Below the pieces are notes generated by a model that saw only the letters and a program-made list of their open reading frames with translations, was not told where the DNA came from and searched no databases. Source: Eledone cirrhosa (lineage: Eukaryota). From it: DNA of 64,000 nucleotides. Positions 45,000 through 58,176 of this stretch are shown piece by piece; position 1 is the first letter of the stretch, and each line of letters begins with the position of its first letter. The position numbers were made by a program, and so were the translations under genes. The stretch spans positions 210,800,001 through 210,864,000 of the forward strand of contig OZ024743.1 in NCBI GenBank assembly GCA_964016885.1, read 5' to 3'.

Positions 45000-47900
45000 C
45001 TCCATAAGATATACGAATTTACCATCCTATAGCCCCAGATGAAAGCTCTTCACTCCATCAGATATACCACAGTTTACCATCCTATAGCCACAGATGAAAG
45101 CTCTTCACTCCATGAGATATACCATTTACCATCCTAAAGCCACAGATGAAAGCTCTTCACTCCATAAGATATACCACAGTTCACCACCCTATACCCAGAT
45201 GAAAGCTCTTCACTCCATAAGATATACCACAGTTTCACATCCTATAGCCACACATGAAAGCTCTTCACTCCATAAGATATACCACAGTTTACCATCATAT
45301 AGCCACGGATGAATGCTCTTCACTCCATAAGATATACCACAGTTTACCATCCTATAGCCACAGATAAAAGCTCTTCACCCCATAAGATATACCACAGTTT
45401 ACCATCCTATAGCCAGATGAAAGCTCTTCACTCCATAAGATATACCAGAGTTTACCATCCTATACCCAGATGAAAGCTCTTCACTCCATCAGATATACCA
45501 CAGTTTACCATCCTATGGCCACACATGAAAGCCCTTCACCCCATAAGATATACCACAGTTTACCATCCTATGGCTACACATGAAAGCTCTTCACTCCATA
45601 AGATATACCACAGTTTACCATCATATGGCCATACATGAAAGCTCTTCACTCCATAAGATATACCACAGTTTACCATCATATAGCCACAGATGAAAGCTCT
45701 TCACTCCATAAGATATACCACAGTTTACTATCCTATAGTCACAGATGAAAGCTCTTCACTCCATAAGATATACCACAGTTTACCATCCTATACCCAGATG
45801 AAAGCTCTTCACTCCATAAGATATACCTCAGTTTACCAACCTATAGCCAGATGAAAGCTCTTCACCCCATAAGATATAACACACTTTACCATCCTATAGC
45901 CAGATGAAAGCTCTTCACTCCATAAGATATACCAGAGTTTACCATCCTATAGCCACAGATGAAAGCTCGTCACTCCATAAGATATACCACAGTTTACCAT
46001 CCTATGGCCACACATGAAAGCTCTTCACCCATAAGATATACCACAGTTTACCATCCTAGAGCCAGATGAAAGCTCTTCACTCCATAAGATATACCACAGT
46101 TTACCATCCTATAGCCACACATGAAAGCTCTTCACTCCATAAGATATACCACAGTTTACCATCCTATAGCCACACATGAAATCTCTTCACTACATAAGAT
46201 ATACCACAGTTTACCATCCTAGAGCCAGATGAAAGCTCTTCACTCCATAAGATATACCACAGTTTACCATCCTATAGCCACACATGAAAGCTCTTCACTC
46301 CATAAGATATACCACAGTTTACCATCCTATAGCCACATATGAAATCTCTTCACTACATAAGATATACCACAGTTTATCATCTTGTAGCCAGATGAAAGCT
46401 CTTCACTCCATAAGATATACCAGTTTACCATCCTATAGCCACAGATGAAAGCTCTTCACTCCATAAGATATACCACAGTTTACCACCCTGTAGCCAGATG
46501 AAAGCTCTTCACTCCATGAGATATACGAGTTTACCATCCTATAGCCACAGATGAAACTCTTCACTCCATGAGATATACCAGTTTACCATCCTAAAGCCAC
46601 AGATGAAAGCACTTCACTCCATGAGATATACCAGTTTACCATCCTAAAGCCACAGATGAAAGCACTTCACTCCATAAGATATACCACAGTTCACCACCCT
46701 ATAGCCAGATGAAAGCTCTTCACTCCATAAGATATACCACAGTTTACCATCCTATAGCCACACATGAAAGCTCTTCACTCCATAAGATATACCACAGTTT
46801 ACCATCATATAGCCTTGGATGAATGCTCTTCACTCCATAAGATATACCACAGTTTACCATCCTATAGCCACAGATGAAAGCTCTTCACTCCATAAGATAT
46901 ACCACAGTTTACCATCCTATAGCCACACATGAAAGCTCTTAACTCCATAAGATATACCACAGTTTACCCTCCTATAGCCACACATGAGAGCTCTTCACTC
47001 CATAAGATATACCACAGTTTACCATCCTATGGCCACACATGAAAGCCCTTCACCCCATAAGATATACCACAGTTTACCATCCTATGGCTACACATGAAAG
47101 CTCTTCACTCCATAAGATATACCACAGTTTACCATCATATGGCCATACATGAAAGCTCTTCACTCCATAAGATATACCACAGTTTACCATCATATAGCCA
47201 CAGATGAAAGCTCTTCACTCCATAAGATATACCACAGTTTACCATCCTATAGTCACAGATGAAAGCTCTTCACTCCATAAGATATACCACAGTTTACCAT
47301 CCTATACCCAGATGAAAGCTCTTCACTCCATAAGATATACCTCAGTTTACCAACCTATAGCCACTGATGAAACTCTTCACTCCATAAGATATACCACAGT
47401 TTAAAATCCTGTAGCCAGATGAAAGCTCTTCACCCCATAAGATATACCACACTTTACCATCCTATAGCCAGATGAAAGCTCTTCACTCCATAAGATATAC
47501 CAGAGTTTACCATCCTATACCGACAGATGAAAGCTTGTCACTCCATAAGATACACCACAGTTTACCATCCTATGGCCACACATGAAAGCTCTTCACCCAT
47601 AAGATATACCACAGTTTACCATCCTAGAGCCAGATGAAAGCTCTTCACTCCATAAGATATACCACAGTTTACCATCCTATAGCCACACATGAAAGCTCTT
47701 CACTCCATAAGATATACCACAGTTTACCATCCTATAGCCACACATGAAATCTCTTCACTACATAAGATATACCACAGTTTACCATCCTGTAGCCAGATGA
47801 AAGCTCTTCACTCCATAAGATATACCACAGTTTACCATCCTATAGCCACACATGAAAGCTCTTCATTCCATAAGATATACAACAGTTTACCATCCTATAG

Positions 47901-50900
47901 CCACACATGAAATCTCTTCACTACATAAGATATACCACAGTTTACCATCCTGTAGACAGATGAAAGCCTTCACTCCATAAGATATACCACAGTTTACCAT
48001 CCTATAGCCAGATGAAAGCTCTTCACTCCATAAGATATACCACAGTTTACCATCCTATAGCCACACATGAAAGCTCTTCACTCCATAAGATATACCACAT
48101 TTTACCATCATATAGCCTTGGATGAATGCTCTTCACTCCATAAGATATACCACAGTTTACCATCCTATAGCCACAGATGAAAGCTCTTCAGCCCATAAGA
48201 TATACCACAGTTTACCATTCTAGAGCCAGATGAAAGCTCTTCACTCCATAAGATATACCACAGTTTACCATGCTATAGCCACAGATGAAAGCTCTTCACT
48301 CCATAAGATATACCACAGTTTACCATCCTATAGCCACACATGAAAGCTCTTCACTCCATAAGATATACCACAGTTTACCCTCCTATAGCCACACATGAGA
48401 GCTCTTCACTCCATAAGATATACCACAGTTTACCATCCTATGGCCACACATGAAAGCCCTTCACCCCATAAGATATACCACAGTTTACCATCCTATGGCT
48501 ACACATGAAAGCTCTTCACTCCATAAGATATACCACAGTTTACCATCATATGGCCATACATGAAAGCTCTTCACTCCATAAGATATACCACAGTTTACCA
48601 TCATATAGCCACAGATGAAAGCTCTTCACTCCATAAGATATACCACAGTTTACCATCCTATATTCACAGATGAAATCTCTTCACTCCATAAGATATACCA
48701 CAGTTTACCATCATATACCCAGATGAAAGCTCTTCACTCCATAAGATATACCTCAGTTTATCAACCTATAGCCACTGATTAAACTCTTCACTCCATAAGA
48801 TATACCACAGTTTAAAATCCTGTAGCCAGATGGAAGCTCTTCACCCCATAAGATATACCACACTTTACCATCCTATAGCCAGATGAAAGCTCTTCACTCC
48901 ATAAGATATACCAGAGTTTACCATCCTATAGCCACAGATGAAAGCTCTTCACTCCATAAGATATACCACAGTTTACCATCCTATGGCCACACATGAAAGC
49001 TCTTCACCCATAAGATATACCACAGTTTACCATCCTAGAGCCAGATGAAAGCTCTTCACTCCATGAGATATACCACAGTTTACCATCCTATAGCCACACA
49101 TGAAAGCTCTTCACTCCATAAGATATACCACAGTTTACCATCCTATAGCCACACATGAAATCTCTTCACTCCATAAGATATACCACAGTTTTCCATCCTA
49201 TAGCCAGATGAAAGCTCTTCACTCCATAAGATATACCACAGTTTACCATCCTATAGCCACAGATGAAAGCTCTTCACTCCATAACATATACCACAGTTTA
49301 CCACCCTATAGCCAGATGAAAGCTCTTCACTCCATAAGATATACGAATTTACCATCCTATAGCCCCAGATGAAAGCTCTTCACTCCATCAGATATACCAC
49401 AGTTTACCATCCTATAGCCACAGATGAAAGCTCTTCACTCCATGAGATATACCATTTACCATCCTAAAGCCACAGATGAAAGCTCTTCACTCCATAAGAT
49501 ATACCACAGTTCACCACCCTATAGCCAGATGAAAGCTCTTCACTCCATAAGATATACCACAGTTTCACATCCTATAGCCACACATGAAAGCTCTTCACTC
49601 CATAAGATATACCACAGTTTACCATCATATAGCCACGGATGAAAGCTCTTCACTCCATCAGATATACCACAGTTTACCATCCTATAGCCACAGATGAAAG
49701 CTCTTCACTCCATGAGATATACCATTTACCATCCTAAAGCCACAGATGAAAGCTCTTCACTCCATAAGATATACCACAGTTCACCACCCTATAGCCAGAT
49801 GAAAGCTCTTCACTCCATAAGATATACCACAGTTTCACATCCTATAGCCACACATGAAAGCTCTTCACTCCATAAGATATACCACAGTTTACCATCCTAT
49901 AGCCAGATGAAAGCTCTTCACTCCATAAGATATACCAGAGTTTACCATCCTATACCCAGATGAAAGCTCTTCACTCCATCAGATATACCACAGTTTACCA
50001 TCCTATGGCCACACATGAAAGCCCTTCACCCCATAAGATATACCGCAGTTTACCATCCTATGGCTACACATGAAAGCTCTTCACTCCATAAGATATACCA
50101 CAGTTTACCATCATATGGCCATACATGAAAGCTCTTCACTCCATAAGATATACCACAGTTTACCATCATATAGCCACAGATGAAAGCTCTTCACTCCATA
50201 AGATATACCACAGTTTACTATCCTATAGTCACAGATGAAAGCTCTTCACTCCATAAGATATACCACAGTTTACCATCCTATACCCAGATGAAAGCTCTTC
50301 ACTCCATAAGATATACCTCAGTTTACCAACCTATAGCCAGATGAAAGCTCTTCACCCCATAAGATATACCACACTTTACCATCCTATAGCCAGATGAAAG
50401 CTCTTCACTCCATAAGATATACCAGAGTTTACCATCCTATAGCCACAGATGAAAGCTCGTCACTCCATAAGATATACCACAGTTTAACATCCTATGGCCA
50501 CACATGAAAGCTCTTCACCCATAAGATATACCACAGTTTACCATCCTAGAGCCAGATGAAAGCTCTTCACTCCATAAGATATACCACAGTTTACCATCCT
50601 ATAGCCACACATGAAAGCTCTTCACTCCATAAGATATACCACAGTTTACCATCCTATAGCCACACATGAAATCTCTTCACTACATAAGATATACCACAGT
50701 TTACCATCCTAGAGCCAGATGAAAGCTCTTCACTCCATAAGATATACCACAGTTTACCATCCTATAGCCACACATGAAAGCTCTTCACTCCATAAGATAT
50801 ACCACAGTTTACCATCCTATAGCCACACATGAAATCTCTTCACTACATAAGATATACCACAGTTTATCATCTTGTAGCCAGATGAAAGCTCTTCACTCCA

Positions 50901-52330
50901 TAAGATATACGAGTTTACCATCCTATAGCCACAGATGAAACTCTTCACTCCATGAGATATACCAGTTTACCATCCTAAAGCCACAGATGAAAGCACTTCA
51001 CTCCATAAGATATACCACAGTTCACCACCCTATAGCCAGATGAAAGCTCTTCACTCCATAAGATATACCACAGTTTACCATCCTATAGCCACACATGAAA
51101 GCTCTTCACTCCATAAGATATACCACAGTTTACCATCATATAGCCTTGGATGAATGCTCTTCACTCCATAAGATATACCACAGTTTACCATCCTATAGCC
51201 ACAGATGAAAGCTCTTCACTCCATAAGATATACCACAGTTTACCATCCTATAGCCACACATGAAAGCTCTTCACTCCATAAGATATACCACAGTTTACCC
51301 TCCTAGAGCCACACATGAGAGCTCTTCACTCCATAAGATATACCACAGTTTACCATCCTATGGCCACACATGAAAGCCCTTCACCCCATAAGATATACCA
51401 CAGTTTACCATCCTATGGCTACACATGAAAGCTCTTCACTCCATAAGATATACCACAGTTTACCATCATATGGCCATACATGAAAGCTCTTCACTCCATA
51501 AGATATACCACAGTTTACCATCATATAGCCACAGATGAAAGCTCTTCACTCCATAAGATATACCACAGTTTACCATCCTATAGTCACAGATGAAAGCTCT
51601 TCACTCCATAAGATATACCACAGTTTACCATCCTATACCCAGATGAAAGCTCTTCACTCCATAAGATATACCTCAGTTTACCAACCTATAGCCACTGATG
51701 AAACTCTTCACTCCATAAGATATACCACAGTTTAAAATCCTGTAGCCAGATGAAAGCTCTTCACCCAATAAGATATACCACACTTTATCATCCTATAGCC
51801 AGATGAAAGCTCTTCACTCCATAAGATATACCAGAGTTTACCATCCTATACCGACAGATGAAAGCTTGTCACTCCATAAGATACACCACAGTTTACCATC
51901 CTATGGCCACACATGAAAGCTCTTCACCCATAAGATATACCACAGTTTACCATCCTAGAGCCAGATGAAAGCTCTTCACTCCATAAGATATACCACAGTT
52001 TACCATCCTATAGCCACACATGAAAGCTCTTCACTCCATAAGATATACCACAGTTTACCATCCTATAGCCACACATGAAATCTCTTCACTACATAAGATA
52101 TACCACAGTTTACCATCCTGTAGCCAGATGAAAGCTCTTCACTCCATAAGATATACCACAGTTTACCATCCTATAGCCACACATGAAAGCTCTTCATTCC
52201 ATAAGATATACAACAGTTTACCATCCTATAGCCACACATGAAATCTCTTCACTACATAAGATATACCACAGTTTACCATCCTGTAGACAGATGAAAGCCT
52301 TCACTCCATAAGATATACCACAGTTAAACC
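45000..52330. repeat. Large duplication, offset ~4331 bp; the second copy contains an internal 270-bp duplication
   Basis: The multiply mutated monomer CGACAGATGAAAGCTTGTCACTCCATAAGATACACC was seen only at 47521 and 51852. ORF pairs 45094/49424, 47204/51535 and 47689/52020; the pair 49424/49694 gives 270. Confidence 0.88.
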
Positions 52331-52831
52331 ATCCTATAGCCACAGATGAAACTCTTCACTCCATAAGTTATACCGCAGTTTACCATCCTATAGCCAGATG
52401 AAAGCTCTTCACTACATAAGATATACCACAGTCTACTATACTATTGCCACACATGAAAGCTCTTCACTCCATAAGATATACCACAGTTTACCATCCTATA
52501 GCCAGATGAAAGCTCTTCACTCCATAAGATATACCACAGTTTACCATCCTAAAGCCACACATGAAAGCTCTTCACTCCATAAGATATACCACAGTTTACC
52601 ATCCTATAGCCACACATGAAATCTCTTCACTACATAAGATATACCACAGTTTACCATCCTGTAGCCAGATGAAAGCTCTTCACTCCATAAGATATACCAC
52701 AGTTTACCATCCTATAGCCACACATGAAAGCTCTTGACACCATAAGATATACCACAGTTTACCATCCTATAGCCAGATGAAAGCTCTTCACTCCATAAGA
52801 TATACCACAGTTTACCATCCTATAGCCACAG

Positions 52832-55800
52832 ATGAAAGCTCTTCACTCCATAACATATACCACAGTTTACTATCCTATAGTCACAGATGAAAGCTCTTCA
52901 CTCCATAAGATATACCACAGTTTACCATCCTATACCCAGATGAAAGCTCTTCACTCCATAAGATATACCTCAGTTTACCAACCTATAGCCACTGATGAAA
53001 CTCTTCACTCCATAAGATATACCACAGTTAAAAATCCTGTAGCCAGATGAAAGCTCTTCACCCCATAAGATATACCACACTTTACCATCCTATAGCCAGA
53101 TGAAAGCTCGTCACTCCATAAGATATACCACAGTTTACCATCCTATGGCCACACATGAAAGCACTTCACCCATAAGATATACCACAGTTTACCATCCTAG
53201 AGCCAGATGAAAGCTCTTCACTCCATAAGATATACCACAGTTTACCATCCTATAGCCACACATGAAAGCTCTTCACTCCATAAGATATACCACAGTTTAC
53301 CATCCTATAGCCACACATGAAATCTCTTCACTACATAAGATATACCACAGTTTACCATCCTAGAGCCAGATGAAAGCTCTTCACTCCATAAGATATACCA
53401 CAGTTTACCACCCTATAGCCAAATGAAAGCTCTTCACTCCATAAGATATACGAGTTTACCATCCTATAGCCACAGATGAAAGCTCTTCACTCCATAAGAT
53501 ATACCACAGTTTACCATCATATAGCCACAGATGAAAGCTCTTCACTCCATAAGATATACCACAGTTTACTATCCTATAGTCACAGATGAAAGCTCTTCAC
53601 TCCATAAGATATACCACAGTTTACCATCCTATACCCAGATGAAAGCTCTTCACTCCATAAGATATACCTCAGTTTACCAACCTATAGCCACTGATGAAAC
53701 TCTTCACTCCATAAGATATACCACAGTTAAAAATCCTGTAGCCAGATGAAAGCTCTTCACCCCATAAGATATACCACACTTTACCATCCTATAGCCAGAT
53801 GAAAGCTCGTCACTCCATAAGATATACCACAGTTTACCATCCTATGGCCACACATGAAAGCTCTTCACCCATAAGATATACCACAGTTTACCATCCTAGA
53901 GCCAGATGAAAGCTCTTCACTCCATAAGATATACCACAGTTTACCATCCTATAGCCACACATGAAAGCTCTTCACTCCATAAGATATACCACAGTTTACC
54001 ATCCTATAGCCACACATGAAATCTCTTCACTACATAAGATATACCACAGTTTACCATCCTAGAGCCAGATGAAAGCTCTTCACTCCATAAGATATACCAC
54101 AGTTTACCACCCTATAGCCAAATGAAAGCTCTTCACTCCATAAGATATACGAGTTTACCATCCTATAGCCACAGATGAAACTCTTCACTCCATCAGATAT
54201 ACCACAGTTTACCATCCTATAGCCACAGATGAAAGCTCTTCACTCCATGAGATATACCAGTTTACCATCCTAAAGCCACAGATGAAAGCACTTCACTCCA
54301 TAAGATATACCACAGTTCACCACCCTATAGCCAGATGAAAGCTCTTCACTCCATAAGATATACCACAGTTTACCATCCTATAGCCACACATGAAAGCTCT
54401 TCACTCCATAAGATATACCACAGTTTACCATCATATAGCCTTGGATGAATGCTCTTCACTCCATAAGATATACCACAGTTTACAATCCTATAGCCACAGA
54501 TGAAAGCTCTTCACTCCATAAGATATACCACAGTTTACCATCCTATAGCCACACATGAAAGCTCTTCACTCCATAAGATATACCACAGTTTACCCTCCTA
54601 TAGCCACACATGAGAGCTCTTCACTCCATAAGATATACCACAGTTTACCATCCTATGGCCACACATGAAAGCCCTTCACCCCATAAGATATACCACAGTT
54701 TACCATCCTATGGCTACACATGAAAGCTCTTCACTCCATAAGATATACCACAGTTTACCATCATATGGCCATACATGAAAGCTCTTCACTCCATAAGATA
54801 TACCACAGTTTACCATCATATAGCCACAGATGAAAGCTCTTCACTCCATAAGATATACCACAGTTTACCATCCTATATTCACAGATGAAAGCTCTTCACT
54901 CCATAAGATATACCACAGTTTACCATCCTATAGCTAGATGAAAGCTCTTCACTCCATAAGATATACCACAGTTTACCATCCTAAGGCCACACATGAAAGC
55001 TCTTCACTCCATAAGATATACCACAGTTTACCATCCTGTAGCCAGATGAAAGCTCTTCACTCCATAAGATATACCACAGCTTACCATCCTGTAGCCAGAT
55101 GAAAGCTCTTCACTCCATAAGATATACCACAGTTTACCATCCTATAGCCACACATGAAAGCTCTTGACACCATAAGATATACCACAGTTTACCATCCTAT
55201 AGCCAGATGAAAGCTCTTCACTCCATAAGATATACCACAGTTTACCATCCTATAGCCACAGATGAAAGCTCTTCACTCCATAACATATACCACAGTTTAC
55301 CACCCTATAGCCAGATGAAAGCTCTTCACTCCATAAGATATATACCACAGTTTACCATCCGATAGCCACAGATGAAAGCTCTTCACTCCATCAGATATAC
55401 CACAGTTTACCATCCTATAGCCACAGATGAAAGCTCTTCACTCCATCAGATATACCACAGTTTACCATCCTATAGCCACAGATGAAAGCTCTTCACTCCA
55501 TGAGATATACCATTTACCATCCTAAAGTCACAGATGAAAGCTCTTCACTCCATAAGATATACCACAGTTCACCACCCTATAGCCAGATGAAAGCTCTTCA
55601 CTCCATAAGATATACCAGAGTTTCACATCCTATAGCCACACATGAAAGCTCTTCACTCCATAAGATATACCACAGTTTACCATCATATAGCCACGGATGA
55701 ATGCTCTTCACTCCATAAGATATACCACAGTTTACCATCCTATAGCCACAGATAAAAGCTCTTCACCCCATAAGATATACCACAGTTTACCATCCTATAG

Positions 55801-58176
55801 CCAGATGAAAGCTCTTCACTCCATAAGATATACCAGAGTTTACCATCCTATACCCAGATGAAAGCTCTTCACTCCATCAGATATACCACAGTTTACCATC
55901 CTATGGCCACACATGAAAGCCCTTCACCCCATAAGATATACCACAGTTTACCATCCTTTGGCTACACATGAAAGCTCTTGACTCCATAAGATATACCACA
56001 GTTTACCATCATATGGCCACATATGAAAGCTGTTCACTCCATAAGATATACCACAGTTTACAATCATATAGCCACAGATGAAAGCTCTTCACTCCATAAG
56101 ATATACCACAGTTTACTATCCTATAGTCACAGATGAAAGCTCTTCACTCCATAAGATATACCACAGTTTACCATCCTATACCCAGATGAAAGCTCTTCAT
56201 TCCATAAGATATACCTCAGTTTACCAACCTATAGCCACTGATGAAACTCTTCACTCCATAAGATATACCACAGTTAAAAATCCTGTAGCCAGATGAAAGC
56301 TCTTCACCCCATAAGATATACCACACTTTACCATCCTATAGCCAGATGAAAGCTCGTCACTCCATAAGATATACCACAGTTTACCATCCTATGGCCACAC
56401 ATGAAAGCACTTCACCCATAAGATATACCACAGTTTACCATCCTAGAGCCAGATGAAAGCTCTTCACTCCATAAGATATACCACAGTTTACCATCCTATA
56501 GCCACACATGAAAGCTCTTCACTCCATAAGATATACCACAGTTTACCATCCTATAGCCACACATGAAATCTCTTCACTACATAAGATATACCACAGTTTA
56601 CCATCCTAGAGCCAGATGAAAGCTCTTCACTCCATAAGATATACCACAGTTTACCACCCTATAGCCAAATGAAAGCTCTTCACTCCATAAGATATACGAG
56701 TTTACCATCCTATAGCCACAGATGAAAGCTCTTCACTCCATAAGATATACCACAGTTTACCATCATATAGCCACAGATGAAAGCTCTTCACTCCATAAGA
56801 TATACCACAGTTTACTATCCTATAGTCACAGATGAAAGCTCTTCACTCCATAAGATATACCACAGTTTACCATCCTATACCCAGATGAAAGCTCTTCACT
56901 CCATAAGATATACCTCAGTTTACCAACCTATAGCCACTGATGAAACTCTTCACTCCATAAGATATACCACAGTTAAAAATCCTGTAGCCAGATGAAAGCT
57001 CTTCACCCCATAAGATATACCACACTTTACCATCCTATAGCCAGATGAAAGCTCGTCACTCCATAAGATATACCACAGTTTACCATCCTATGGCCACACA
57101 TGAAAGCTCTTCACCCATAAGATATACCACAGTTTACCATCCTAGAGCCAGATGAAAGCTCTTCACTCCATAAGATATACAGCAGTTTACCATCCTATAG
57201 CCACACATGAAAGCTCTTCACTCCATAAGATATACCACAGTTTACCATCCTATAGCCACACATGAAATCTCTTCACTACATAAGATATACCACAGTTTAC
57301 CATCCTAGAGCCAGATGAAAGCTCTTCACTCCATAAGATATACCACAGTTTACCACCCTATAGCCAAATGAAAGCTCTTCACTCCATAAGATATACGAGT
57401 TTACCATCCTATAGCCACAGATGAAACTCTTCACTCCATCAGATATACCACAGTTTACCATCCTATAGCCACAGATGAAAGCTCTTCACTCCATGAGATA
57501 TACCAGTTTACCATCCTAAAGCCACAGATGAAAGCACTTCACTCCATAAGATATACCACAGTTCACCACCCTATAGCCAGATGAAAGCTCTTCACTCCAT
57601 AAGATATACCACAGTTTACCATCCTATAGCCACACATGAAAGCTCTTCACTCCATAAGATATACCACAGTTTACCATCATATAGCCTTGGATGAATGCTC
57701 TTCACTCCATAAGATATACCACAGTTTACAATCCTATAGCCACAGATGAAAGCTCTTCACTCCATAAGATATACCACAGTTTACCATCCTATAGCCACAC
57801 ATGAAAGCTCTTCACTCCATAAGATATACCACAGTTTACCCTCCTATAGCCACACATGAGAGCTCTTCACTCCATAAGATATACCACAGTTTACCATCCT
57901 ATGGCCACACATGAAAGCCCTTCACCCCATAAGATATACCACAGTTTACCATCCTATGGCTACACATGAAAGCTCTTCACTCCATAAGATATACCACAGT
58001 TTACCATCATATGGCCATACATGAAAGCTCTTCACTCCATAAGATATACCACAGTTTACCATCATATAGCCACAGATGAAAGCTCTTCACTCCATAAGAT
58101 ATACCACAGTTTACCATCCTATATTCACAGATGAAAGCTCTTCACTCCATAAGATATACCACAGTTTACCATCCTA
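52832..58176. repeat. Nested duplication: 699-bp (13-monomer) tandem pair re-duplicated at offset 3246 bp
   Basis: GCCAAATG with AAATG at 53421, 54120, 56667 and 57366. ORFs ending VKNPVAR start at 52832, 53531, 56078 and 56777. ATATTCACAG at 54875 and 58121. Confidence 0.93.
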
